A stretch of DNA of 32,483 nt from positions 858 to 33,340 of the forward strand of contig DJGG01000183.1 in assembly GCA_002432195.1 (NCBI GenBank). The letters are read 5' to 3'. Positions 21,874 through 30,941 of this stretch are shown one piece after another. Both the position numbers and the translations under genes were made by a program. Origin of the DNA: Desulfobacteraceae bacterium UBA5852. GTDB lineage: Bacteria > Desulfobacterota > Desulfobacteria > Desulfobacterales > UBA5852. The notes under the pieces were generated by a model that had not been told where the DNA came from, did no database searches, and saw only the letters and a list, made by a program, of their open reading frames with translations. The first letter of the stretch is position 1. Every line of letters starts with the position of its first letter.

Positions 21874-21905
21874 GCCGCTGGCTGCCAAGCCGGCGGCTTT
21901 TTTTT
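21874..21905 (+). terminator. intrinsic terminator after jag
   Basis: GCCGCTGGCT-gcca-AGCCGGCGGC 10-bp stem (one G-U) followed by T8. Confidence 0.8.
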
Positions 21906-21925
21906 GGGGACCAATAGGTGGTGCC

Positions 21926-23338
21926 ATGCGCTGCATCCCGGCGATGAAAGACACCATCGTCGCCATTTCGACCGCCGTGGGGCGATCCGGAATCGCCATT
22001 ATCCGTTTGTCGGGACCGCGGTCCGTGGCGGTGGCCCGCGCACTGCTCTCCAGGCAATCCGGATGCGCGACGCCGTTGTGGGGCTGCGGGGAACCGCATA
22101 GCCACCATTTGTACCACGGATTCGTGCTCGATCCTGTAGACCATCGGCTGGTGGACGAAATCATGGTGTCCTACATGCGGGCCCCACGAAGCTACACCCG
22201 TGAGGATGTGGTTGAGATCAACAGTCACGGTGGCGTGCTTATGGGGGCCCGTATTCTGGAGCTCGCCCTGAGCCAAGGAGCACGCCTCGCCAATCCGGGA
22301 GAGTTCACCCTGCGAGCCTTTTTGAATGGACGTATCGATCTGCTCACGGCCGAAGCCACCATGGATCTGATCAACGCCAAGACCACCCGTGCCCTTGGCG
22401 CCCAAATGGCCGCCCTGGGAGGGGAAGCCGCCGCGGTCGTGGAATCGATGCGGGCGGCCTTGGTCGACGCCGTGGCGGCCATCGAGGCGGATATCGACTT
22501 CCCGGAAGAAATTGACACGGCATCGGACTATTCGCGATTGAGCCTCAAGCTCCGCACGGATGTCCTCGAGGTGGCGGAAGCCCTCTGTGCCCGGTTCGAA
22601 ACCGGTCGCGTGTTACGCGAGGGGCTCAGCATCACCATCGCGGGGCGGCCCAACGTGGGCAAATCCAGCCTGATGAACCGGCTCTTGGGCAGCGAGCGAG
22701 CCATCGTGACCGCCACCCCGGGCACGACCCGCGATACCATCGAGGGGTGGCTGGAAATCGCCGGGATGCCCATCGGCCTCATCGACACGGCCGGTCTTCG
22801 CGAAAGTGCGGACCCGGTGGAATGCGAGGGCATTCGGCGCGCCTGGAGGGCCATCGAGTCCGCCGACATTCTGCTCTACCTCATCGACGGCGTTGATGGA
22901 CTAACCGAAGCCGACCGGAAGCATTGGAACAGGGTGGCATTCAAGCAGCCCATTCCGGTAATCAACAAACTCGACCTGATGGGCGGTGGCGGGCAGCGGG
23001 CCGACCGCCTATGGCAGCAGCTGGGATCCCCTGGAGTCGTCATCGCCGCCAAAACCGGTGCCGGGGTGGATGTCCTGCGGGGCGCCATCGAAGCGCGACT
23101 CAAAAGTCAGTATGGGCAGGAGGGCGGGTACGTCCCCAACCTGCGCCAAAAGCAGGGGCTCGAGGCCGTGGCCTGTTACACCCGGGAGGCCCTTGCCGGA
23201 ATCGCGGCAGGGCGCTATCCGGAAACCGCGGTACTCGATCTTCGGGAGGCCATGACGGCTTGCGCGGCTCTTTTGGGCAAGGGGGCCGATGAGGAGGTGC
23301 TTGACGAGATATTCAGGAAGTTCTGCATCGGCAAATGA
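21926..23338 (+). CDS. mnmE: tRNA modification GTPase MnmE
   Basis: DTIVAIST, PRSYTREDVVEINSHGG, PGEFTLRAFLNG, GRPNVGKSS, GTTRD, DTAG, NKLD and C-terminal FCIGK. Start is 21926 or 21944. Confidence 0.97.
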   Translation: MRCIPAMKDTIVAISTAVGRSGIAIIRLSGPRSVAVARALLSRQSGCATPLWGCGEPHSHHLYHGFVLDPVDHRLVDEIMVSYMRAPRSYTREDVVEINSHGGVLMGARILELALSQGARLANPGEFTLRAFLNGRIDLLTAEATMDLINAKTTRALGAQMAALGGEAAAVVESMRAALVDAVAAIEADIDFPEEIDTASDYSRLSLKLRTDVLEVAEALCARFETGRVLREGLSITIAGRPNVGKSSLMNRLLGSERAIVTATPGTTRDTIEGWLEIAGMPIGLIDTAGLRESADPVECEGIRRAWRAIESADILLYLIDGVDGLTEADRKHWNRVAFKQPIPVINKLDLMGGGGQRADRLWQQLGSPGVVIAAKTGAGVDVLRGAIEARLKSQYGQEGGYVPNLRQKQGLEAVACYTREALAGIAAGRYPETAVLDLREAMTACAALLGKGADEEVLDEIFRKFCIGK

Positions 23339-23354
23339 TGTTTCACGTGAAACA
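23339..23354. promoter_or_regulatory. parS centromere-like site (ParB loading)
   Basis: Perfect 16-bp palindrome TGTTTCACGTGAAACA immediately after the mnmE stop. Confidence 0.95.
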
Positions 23355-23394
23355 ATCGCCGTGACGATCAGGTCTAAAATGGAGTGTCAAAGCG

Positions 23395-24078
23395 ATGAAT
23401 TTTGATTTTAAGCCGTATTTTGCCAGGTACGAACAATTGGCCATGGCCGCCGACGGGGTGTTCGAACGGGTACGCCGCGAGTACCCAGACAGAGTGCGCT
23501 GCCAGCAGGCATGCGCGGACTGCTGCCACGCGCTGTTCGACTTGACCCTAATCGAAGCCTTGTACTTGCACCATCGATTCCAGGAACGCTTTCCTCCCGA
23601 GGAACGGGAGACGCTTCTGGAAATGGCCAACCGCGCCGACCGCCAAATTCACAAGCTGAAGCGGGAGGCCTATCGGGAATTCACGGCCGGTCGCAGCGAA
23701 GAGGAAATTCTCGAGGCCTTGGCGGCGGAAAAGGTGCGTTGTCCCCTGCTGAACGCCAATGGCCTCTGTGACCTTTATGACCACCGGCCCATCACGTGCC
23801 GGCTTTATGGTGTCCCCACGGCGATCGGCGGCAAGGGGCGTACCTGCGCGCTGTCCGGCTTTGAAGCCGGCAAGACGTACCCTACGGTGCAGATTGATCG
23901 ACTAGTGGGCCAGTTGCAGGCCATTTCCGCCGAATTGGTGCGCGACCTGGGAGCGGCCAACATCCGGCTGGCCGACATCTTGATGCCCCTGTCCATGGCC
24001 CTGCTCACGGAATTCGATGAGGAATTCTGGGGCCTGGAGGGAAGTGCCAACCCCGATGCCGCCGATAAAGGAGACTAG
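23395..24078 (+). CDS. YkgJ-family cysteine cluster (CxxxCxxCC) protein
   Basis: CQQACADCC, CPLL, CDLYDHRPITCRLYG; GGAG RBS. Confidence 0.88.
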   Translation: MNFDFKPYFARYEQLAMAADGVFERVRREYPDRVRCQQACADCCHALFDLTLIEALYLHHRFQERFPPEERETLLEMANRADRQIHKLKREAYREFTAGRSEEEILEALAAEKVRCPLLNANGLCDLYDHRPITCRLYGVPTAIGGKGRTCALSGFEAGKTYPTVQIDRLVGQLQAISAELVRDLGAANIRLADILMPLSMALLTEFDEEFWGLEGSANPDAADKGD

Positions 24079-24082
24079 CACC

Positions 24083-24436
24083 ATGCCCGATATCAGCGCT
24101 GAAGAGGCGGAGCGCCGCAAACGCGCCATCTTCGATAAGCTGTCCCCCAGACGCCGAAAGTATATCGATCGGGTGGGGTATGAGCGTTGGGACCCGTTCG
24201 AGGAGCCCAAGGACCCCATCGAAATTCGACGCGATAAAACCAAGCGCACAACCCAGATGCTGGTGCGCGAGTTTCTGCAGGCCCTTCCGGCGGAAGGGTA
24301 TTCCAATGCTTACGGGCGAGGCGTGATGGAAATGGCCCTGGGGATCGTCAACAACGATGAGCGTTTCATCGCAATGCTGGATTTCGCTCGCTGGTACACG
24401 GACCTGTTGCGGGCTGAAGGCCATGAGGACCACTAA
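24083..24436 (+). CDS. hypothetical protein (117 aa)
   Basis: AAGGAG RBS before ATG 24083. Tightly packed between flanking genes, with protein-like composition (RKYIDRVGYERWDPFEEPKDPIEIR). Confidence 0.8.
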   Translation: MPDISAEEAERRKRAIFDKLSPRRRKYIDRVGYERWDPFEEPKDPIEIRRDKTKRTTQMLVREFLQALPAEGYSNAYGRGVMEMALGIVNNDERFIAMLDFARWYTDLLRAEGHEDH

Positions 24437-25262
24437 CGTCAGCGGTGATCGGGAGGCCCAACTCGCCGCAAGGGAGCTTCTAAGCCTGGCCCAAAGTGCC
24501 GACACCCACCTCCCGGTGCACGAGATGCTGCGGCGGGTTGCCCGACAAACCGGTCTTGGCCGGCGGGTGGTCGCGGAAGCCTTGCGCCGCCTAGTGGACG
24601 AAGGGGCGCTGGAGCACATCCAACGATTCGGAACAGCGGGAGTGTTTCCGAGCTTCCGCCGGCCGGTAGCGGTGACGTCGCGGCTGGTGTTGGTGCCTGC
24701 GGGGCAGGCTTTCGAAGCCACCGGCCTCCACCGGGCCGTGTTTCTGTCACCCGGCGCCGCCTTTGGGGACGGCCGTCACCCCTCCACCCGTCTGGCCCTG
24801 GAGGGTCTGGAACGCTGCTGCGCCACCCTGGGAGCATCGCGTCTGGGGGAGATGTGGGCCTTGGACGTCGGTACCGGGAACGGGGTGCTGTCCATCGCCC
24901 TGGGGCGTCTGGGGTTGGGGCGAGTGGTGGCCCTGGATAATGCTCCCGGCGCGCTGGCGGAAGCCCGGGTCAATGTGGCCTGCAACCATCTGGAAGCGGT
25001 GGTGAGCGTGTCGGACCAGTCCCTGGAGGCGACCAAGGGGCCCTTTCACCTGGTGGTGGCCAATCTCCGCCCGCCGACCCTGTTGGCGCTCGCCCAGGAT
25101 CTCCACCGCCAGATAACGCCGGGTGGGATGGCGGTGCTCACCGGGTTTCGTTCTTCCGAAACCGGGGACGTTGCCGCGCCCTATACGGCGGCCGGCCTTG
25201 AACTGGTCGCCACCGCGGAGCGCGGAGGATGGGCGGCCGCAATTCTCGACCAGCGGCCCTAG
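24423..25262 (+). CDS. PrmA (L11 methyltransferase)-like class I SAM methyltransferase with atypical N-terminus
   Basis: LSPGAAFGDGRHPSTRLAL, LDVGTGNGVLSI, ALDN, LVVANL and VLTGF. Confidence 0.8.
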   Translation: MRTTNVSGDREAQLAARELLSLAQSADTHLPVHEMLRRVARQTGLGRRVVAEALRRLVDEGALEHIQRFGTAGVFPSFRRPVAVTSRLVLVPAGQAFEATGLHRAVFLSPGAAFGDGRHPSTRLALEGLERCCATLGASRLGEMWALDVGTGNGVLSIALGRLGLGRVVALDNAPGALAEARVNVACNHLEAVVSVSDQSLEATKGPFHLVVANLRPPTLLALAQDLHRQITPGGMAVLTGFRSSETGDVAAPYTAAGLELVATAERGGWAAAILDQRP

Positions 25263-25651
25263 TGGCCAAGATTAGCGGCAGGATAGCCTCCGAAAGCCCG
25301 TGCCTCCCAGCTCGGGGCTGTAGCTCGGCGCGCGTCTGGCGCTCCGGGTGCCGCGGACCGCTCGGTGTATCGGCGTATTGATTTATGACCACCTGGTTTC
25401 TTCCATCGCGCGCGGCCGTCCCCGGGGGAGACCCTCCCGGATTCCCCGCAACGCCTGCCCGCCGGCTACCCGGAGCCGGTTGGGCGCCAAATACGATGCT
25501 GCAAGAACCCGAAAAACGAACGGATTGGCCGATGGGATGATCTTCGGACCGCTACCAGCCCCTTTGTGGGAACCGAGGAGGCCTCCTGGCTGTGACGCCA
25601 CGCCAAGGTCGCCCTTCACGGAAGTGCTCCCTTACGCGGGGCCGCCTGGGA

Positions 25652-26161
25652 TCAATCCCTGTGGCGGGAAAACACCAGCCGACCGCCGAGAAATCCGGCG
25701 ACAGCCCCATCCCCGAGCATGACCAGGTGGCAAACGACATACCCCGGCGGGGGACGCAGGGCAATATCCGGGTCCATCAGGAACCAGATGGTGCACACCG
25801 GCGCCTGCACCTGAAGGCAAGCACCGCAAACGATCTTGGTCAGAAAAAGGCGGGTGAAACCACCCCTGAACCGGTGTTTCCAGTGCAGGTAGCCGGACCA
25901 GAGAACCACAGGCATGAAGAGCGAGACGAAAGCCGTGTCGTTCCCGCCGCCGCACCCAATGGATGGCTACCGAACAGTGCGCCCAGGAGCACAAATAGGA
26001 CGGAGACGGGAACCACGCCATTGGGGATAAGCACCGCGATTGGGTGGAAGTGGTAGCGGAAAGCCAGGTCGAGGAAAACAGCGTAAATGCGGCGATGACC
26101 CGTGGAACTCCCCGAGGGCGCACTACCTGTCGATGCCGCAAACCGTGCGCCAGCGTTTCAT
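25652..26161 (-). pseudogene. degraded membrane protein gene (DUF2231-like, probably with former N-terminal rubredoxin-like motif)
   Basis: RBS GGAGGG + MKRWRTVCG then TAG at 26123-26125. A second frame gives FRYHFHPIAVLIPNGVVPVSVLFVLLG. After a frameshift near 25945 a third frame gives MPVVLWSGYLHWKHRFRG...AGFLGGRLVF to the stop at 25652. Confidence 0.65.
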
Positions 26162-26203
26162 CACTGATCCGTTCCCTCCGGCCGGGTTCGGGCGGAATGC
26201 GGG

Positions 26204-27337
26204 TCAGCCCAGGACATTGAAGGACCAGAGCACCCCGGCGGCAATGGCCGAGCCGATCACGCCGGAAGCGTTGCAGGCCATGGCATCCATCAGCAGGTAG
26301 TTGCCGGGATCGGCCTTGAGACCCATCACGTGCACTTCCCGGGCCGATCCGGGCACTGCGGACACGCCGGCCGCGCCCAGCAGGGGGTTGATTTTTTCCT
26401 TGGTGAAAAGGTTCATGATCTTGGCGAAGACGACGCCGCTGGCCGTGGCCAGACTGAAGGCCGTGAACCCCATGGCGAAAATCCCGATGGACTTGGCCGT
26501 GAGGAACACATCGGCCTGGGTGCTCATACCCACGGTGAACCCCAGGAGGATCGTGGCCGTGTCGATGATGGCGCTGCGTGCGGTTTGGGCCAGACGGTCC
26601 ACCACGCCGCATTCCTTGAGCAGGTTGCCGAGAAACAGCATTCCCAGGAGGGGCAGGGCGGTAGGGGCGAGCCCGCAGCAGAGCACCACGCCAATGATGG
26701 GGAAGACCAGTTTTTCCGTCCGTGTCACTTCGCGGGGGTCGGGCATCCTGATCGTGCGTTCGCGCTGGCTGGTCAATGCGCGCATGATGGGCGGCTGAAT
26801 GACCGGGATCAAGGCCATGTAGGAATAGGCCGCGATGGCTACCGGGCCGATGAGGTGGGGGGCCAGCTTGGCGGTCAGGAAGATGGACGTCGGACCGTCC
26901 GCACCACCGATGATGGCGATGGAGGCCGCCTCCTTGGGCAGAAACCCCAGGAAGAGCGCGCCCACGAGGGTGAACCAGATGCCGCCCTGGGCTGCGGCGC
27001 CCAGCAGCATGAGCTTGGGGCGCTGGAGCAGGGAGGAAAAATCGGTCATGGCGCCCAACCCCAGAAAGACGATGGAGGGGTAGATGCCGGTGGTGACCCC
27101 AAAGTAGAGGTAGTGAAATACGCTCCCGGATTCGTAAATGCCGATACCAAACCCTTTGAAGAACGGAATATTGCCCACGATGATGCCGAATCCGATGGGC
27201 ACCAGCAGCAACGGCTCATATTCCTTGGCGATGCCCAGGTAGGTGAAGGTGCAGCCCACCACGACCATCAGGACGTGCCGGTAGTCGGCCAGATAGAAGC
27301 CGGTGTTGGTGAGGAATTGCAAGATCAAGTCAAGCAT
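26204..27337 (-). CDS. sodium ion-translocating decarboxylase beta subunit (OadB/MmdB family)
   Basis: YEPLLLVPIGFG, GAMTDF, GAAAQ, IIGGADGPT, AAYSYMAL, NPLLGAAGVSAVP and GVIGSA. Confidence 0.95.
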   Translation of the reverse strand: MLDLILQFLTNTGFYLADYRHVLMVVVGCTFTYLGIAKEYEPLLLVPIGFGIIVGNIPFFKGFGIGIYESGSVFHYLYFGVTTGIYPSIVFLGLGAMTDFSSLLQRPKLMLLGAAAQGGIWFTLVGALFLGFLPKEAASIAIIGGADGPTSIFLTAKLAPHLIGPVAIAAYSYMALIPVIQPPIMRALTSQRERTIRMPDPREVTRTEKLVFPIIGVVLCCGLAPTALPLLGMLFLGNLLKECGVVDRLAQTARSAIIDTATILLGFTVGMSTQADVFLTAKSIGIFAMGFTAFSLATASGVVFAKIMNLFTKEKINPLLGAAGVSAVPGSAREVHVMGLKADPGNYLLMDAMACNASGVIGSAIAAGVLWSFNVLG

Positions 27338-27347
27338 GGGAGACCTT

Positions 27348-27776
27348 TCATACGGTCGGTAGCGGGGTTCCGGCGTTCCATGAAAAAAGCCCATCGCCGT
27401 GAGGCGTCAGAACACCGGCTTCACGCAAACACTTGACGCTGAGGTAGGGATGGGGAAAACCGGCCTGAAGGGCCAGCGCGTAGAGCCGGGCAATCTGAAA
27501 AGGGGCGGGCAACTGGCTTACGAGGGGGTGGTAGTCCCGCGCAACGGCTTGAATGTCGGATGGGCAGTGGTCGTAGCCGGCGCCGGCGGGTGGTGCTGCC
27601 GCGACCGTACCCGTAGGGACGGTTTTACGCGCCTGGCGGGCTTCAAAGAAAGCAACCAGCTTGTGCACCTGGGCAATGGCCAGCGATAGCAGCACCAGGC
27701 CGCTAAATACAAGACCCGCGCCAAGCAGTGCCTGGGACCAGCCGCTGTTGGCGGAAATGTTGGCAAGGCCGATCAT
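27348..27776 (-). CDS. OadG-family decarboxylase gamma/delta subunit with C-terminal extension
   Basis: AGGAGG RBS, single N-terminal TM (LLGAGLVFSGLVLLSLAI), Ala/Pro linker; directly upstream of the beta subunit. Confidence 0.8.
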   Translation of the reverse strand: MIGLANISANSGWSQALLGAGLVFSGLVLLSLAIAQVHKLVAFFEARQARKTVPTGTVAAAPPAGAGYDHCPSDIQAVARDYHPLVSQLPAPFQIARLYALALQAGFPHPYLSVKCLREAGVLTPHGDGLFSWNAGTPLPTV

Positions 27777-28031
27777 TTGAAAACCTCCTTTGCAGGTAGA
27801 AACGCCGTCGCAGCATCCGTCCCGCGGCTCCGAAAGCCGCCGCCAGCCTTTCCACCGGCATGGAACCATGAAGCCCAGTAGTTGGGGTACCGAACAAAGC
27901 TGCAAATAGTCCATAATCGGCGCCGGTTGTCAATAAAAATGCGATGAAGGTCGGGGTCGAAAGGCCTGTAGGCCTGGCAGGGGGCGACGGATTGCGTGCC
28001 GGGCGTTGCGGCGCGGTACAGGCCTTGACCT

Positions 28032-29519
28032 CTATGCCGCGCTGCCGGCCATCATCAGCCCGATGCGATCGAGCTTGTCGGCGTCGTCGACGGGGAAGGT
28101 GTCCACGATGCGCCCGGCGGACATGACCGCAAGGCGGTCGGCGAGCATCAGGGCTTCGGTGAGATCCCCGGTGATCAGGAGGATGCCGGCGGCCTTGCGG
28201 GCGTTGAGGAGCAGGTTCCAGACGTCTTGTATGGCGGCGATATCGAGCCCCTGGGTGGGCTGTTCGGCAACGATCAGGCGGGGGCGGCGGAAGAATTCCC
28301 GGGCCAGAACCAATTTCTGCAGATTGCCGCCGGAAAGCTGCCGGGCGCTGATGCGCGTGTCCGCCGGCTGAATGGCGAAATCGCGGATCAGGCGGAGGGC
28401 CTTGCGGGTCGCCCGCCGCCGAAGCAACCAGGGGCCCCGGCAGAAACCCTGGCGCGTGGTCAGGAGAAAATTGTCCACGAGATCCAGATTGCGGCAAGTC
28501 GCCAGCCCACGGCGATCCTCGGGAATGTAGGCCAGGTTGCCGTCCCATCGGCGGTGGGTGTAAAAGCGATGCCAGTCCTCACCCAGGATACGCACGACGC
28601 CGGCGGCAGGGGCCGTCAGCCCGCAGATAGCCTCCACGAGAGGCTTTTGGCCGTTGCCCGCCACCCCCACGACTCCCAGAATTTCCCCCTGGCGCACCTC
28701 CAGGCGGATATCCCGCAAACCCGCATTGGACAAGCCGTCCACCCGCAAAACCAGCTGGCGAGGCTCGTAGGGCTCGCGCTGAACTTGGAGCAAAACGTCC
28801 CGGCCCACCATGCGGCGGGCCAGCTCGTGCTTGGAGGTCACCGCCGTCGTGGCCAGACCTTCGATGACCGATCCCCGCCGGAGGATGGTGATGTCGTCCG
28901 ACAGGGCCATGACTTCGTCCAGCTTGTGGGTGATGAAGACAATCGCCTTGCCCTGGGCCGCCATGCGCCGCAGGGCATCGAACAGATGTTCGCTCTCCCG
29001 GGGGGTGAGCACCGAGGTGGGTTCGTCGAAAATAAGGACCCGGCTGTCGCGGAAGAGCAGTTTCAGGATTTCCACGCGCTGGCGCTCGCCCATGGAGAGA
29101 GTGCCGATGCGTGCGGCAGGGTCGATATCGAGGCCGAATCGGCGGGCCAATTGGGCCACGGTCTCTTCCATCCGGCGGCGATTGAGCAGAACACCCGGAT
29201 AGCCCAGGAAGACGTTTTCGGCCACGGTCATGGCCTTGACGAGCATGAAGTGCTGATAGACCATACCGATGCCGGCGGTGATGGCCTCCCGGGCTGACCG
29301 GAAGGCCCTCGGCTGGCCGTCGATCAGGATGCGGCCGGAATCGGGTTGCACCATGCCGGACAGGATGCCCATCAGGGTGCTTTTCCCTGCGCCGTTTTCC
29401 CCCAGCAGCGCGTGTATGCGCCCGGAGTGGATATCCAGGCGGATGTCCTGGTTGGCGGCCACGGCGCCATAGCGCTTGGTGATGCCATCCAGACGCACGA
29501 CGGGTGGAGAGCCATTCAA
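28032..29519 (-). CDS. nucleoside/sugar (CUT2) ABC transporter ATP-binding protein with two NBDs
   Basis: [43 protein letters not shown] and QPTQGLD. TTG start overlaps the gpt stop. Confidence 0.95.
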   Translation of the reverse strand: MNGSPPVVRLDGITKRYGAVAANQDIRLDIHSGRIHALLGENGAGKSTLMGILSGMVQPDSGRILIDGQPRAFRSAREAITAGIGMVYQHFMLVKAMTVAENVFLGYPGVLLNRRRMEETVAQLARRFGLDIDPAARIGTLSMGERQRVEILKLLFRDSRVLIFDEPTSVLTPRESEHLFDALRRMAAQGKAIVFITHKLDEVMALSDDITILRRGSVIEGLATTAVTSKHELARRMVGRDVLLQVQREPYEPRQLVLRVDGLSNAGLRDIRLEVRQGEILGVVGVAGNGQKPLVEAICGLTAPAAGVVRILGEDWHRFYTHRRWDGNLAYIPEDRRGLATCRNLDLVDNFLLTTRQGFCRGPWLLRRRATRKALRLIRDFAIQPADTRISARQLSGGNLQKLVLAREFFRRPRLIVAEQPTQGLDIAAIQDVWNLLLNARKAAGILLITGDLTEALMLADRLAVMSAGRIVDTFPVDDADKLDRIGLMMAGSAA

Positions 29520-30007
29520 GGGGTCTGCCTCGAGCCGATGATGGGTTGAACGAACTGGACGTCGGAATCCCAGGGGAAAAGAATCCAGGTGTCCTGGCTG
29601 ACTTCCGTGACGAAGGTGTCCACCAGGGGACGGCCTGCCGGCTTGGCGTACACGCTGGCGAAATGAGCCTTGGGCAGCATCCTGCGCACCACTTCGGCCG
29701 TGCGGCCGGTGTCCACCAGGTCATCGACGATGAGCCAACCCTGGCCGTCGCCTTCGACGGTTTTGAGGACCTCGATGTCTCCCTGTTGTTCCTGCCACGC
29801 GTAGCTTGAGACGCAGACCGTGTCCACCAGACGGATGTCCAGTTCCCGGGCGATGATGGCCGCCGGTACCAGCCCGCCACGGGTCACGGCAATGATGCCT
29901 TTGAAGAAATCGTGGTCCAGCAGCCTCCAGGCCAGCGCCCGCGCATCCCGGTGGAGTTGGTCCCAGGAGATGGGATAGGCCTTTTTATAGCGAGTCGAAT
30001 CGGTCAT
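29516..30007 (-). CDS. gpt: xanthine/guanine phosphoribosyltransferase
   Basis: [42 protein letters not shown] and [10 protein letters not shown]. Confidence 0.95.
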   Translation of the reverse strand: MTDSTRYKKAYPISWDQLHRDARALAWRLLDHDFFKGIIAVTRGGLVPAAIIARELDIRLVDTVCVSSYAWQEQQGDIEVLKTVEGDGQGWLIVDDLVDTGRTAEVVRRMLPKAHFASVYAKPAGRPLVDTFVTEVSQDTWILFPWDSDVQFVQPIIGSRQTP

Positions 30008-30020
30008 GGTGACCATCCTC

Positions 30021-30941
30021 TCATTCGTGGGGATCGATATTGATGCCCAGGGCGGCTGGGGCTTCGGATCCCCGCTCCAACCGGGCGGCGAGCACCAGCA
30101 CCACCACTGTCAGGGCATACGGCAGCATCAGCAGGATCGAGGAGGGCCAATGGGTGCCGGCGGCTTGCAGCCGCAATTGCAACGCCATGACCCCGCCGAA
30201 CAGGTAGGCCCCCGCTATGGCGCGGCCTGGCCGCCAGAAAGCGAAGATCACCAGGGCTACGGCTATCCATCCCCGTCCGGCGGACATGCCATTGGTCCAC
30301 AAATGCGTATAGGCCAGCGACAGATAGGCGCCCCCCCAGCCGGCCAAAGCTCCGCCGGCCAGCACGCCTAGCCAGCGATAGGCGACCACATTCAACCCGG
30401 CGGCGGCGGCGGCCTCGGGGAACTCGCCGGCGGACCGCAGGGCCAAGCCCCAGCGGGTTTTGTAGAGAAATACCCAGAGCAGCGGCGCGCAGAGAAGCGA
30501 GATGTAGACCAGAAGGTCCTGGGTCAGGATCACCGGGCCGAGGATAGGAATGGCCGCCAGGGTGGGCAGGTGAACAGGTCCGAACCCCGGGGCGCTCTGG
30601 CCGATCAAGGGGGTTCCCAGAAAATCGGCCAAGCCGGTGCCCAGGATGGTCAAGGCCAATCCGGAGACTACCTGGTTGCCCCGGAACCAAAGACAAACCG
30701 CGCCGTGAATGCCGGCCAGGAGACTCCCGGCCACTCCGGCAATCAGGAAAGCCAGAAGCGGCGCGCCGGTGCTTTGCGCGATCCAAAAGGCGGCCAGGGC
30801 CCCTACGACCATCATGCCCTCGACACCCAGGTTGATCACCCCGGACTTTTCCGTCAGGATTTCGCCCAGGGTGGCGAACAGGATCGGGGTGCCGGATTGT
30901 ATGGCCGCTGCCAGCAGGGGGATGAAAAACTCGCCATTCAT
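30021..30941 (-). CDS. nucleoside ABC transporter permease 2
   Basis: [47 protein letters not shown] and MLPY. Real start is ATG 30941. Confidence 0.93.
   Translation of the reverse strand: MNGEFFIPLLAAAIQSGTPILFATLGEILTEKSGVINLGVEGMMVVGALAAFWIAQSTGAPLLAFLIAGVAGSLLAGIHGAVCLWFRGNQVVSGLALTILGTGLADFLGTPLIGQSAPGFGPVHLPTLAAIPILGPVILTQDLLVYISLLCAPLLWVFLYKTRWGLALRSAGEFPEAAAAAGLNVVAYRWLGVLAGGALAGWGGAYLSLAYTHLWTNGMSAGRGWIAVALVIFAFWRPGRAIAGAYLFGGVMALQLRLQAAGTHWPSSILLMLPYALTVVVLVLAARLERGSEAPAALGINIDPHE

Noticed and set aside
25314-25326. GGGGCTGTAGCTC resembling the 5' end of tRNA-Ala
   Set aside because: No D-loop GG, anticodon arm, TTCGA arm or acceptor complement downstream.
25263-25651. About 390-bp intergenic stretch with GC hairpins as a possible ncRNA
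   Set aside because: No SRP, 6S, RNase P or tmRNA signature recognised. Hairpins are expected at this GC content between convergent genes.
27901-27913. Sigma-54 promoter-like TGG...TTGCA on the minus strand
   Set aside because: GG-to-GC spacing is 7 nt rather than the required 10.
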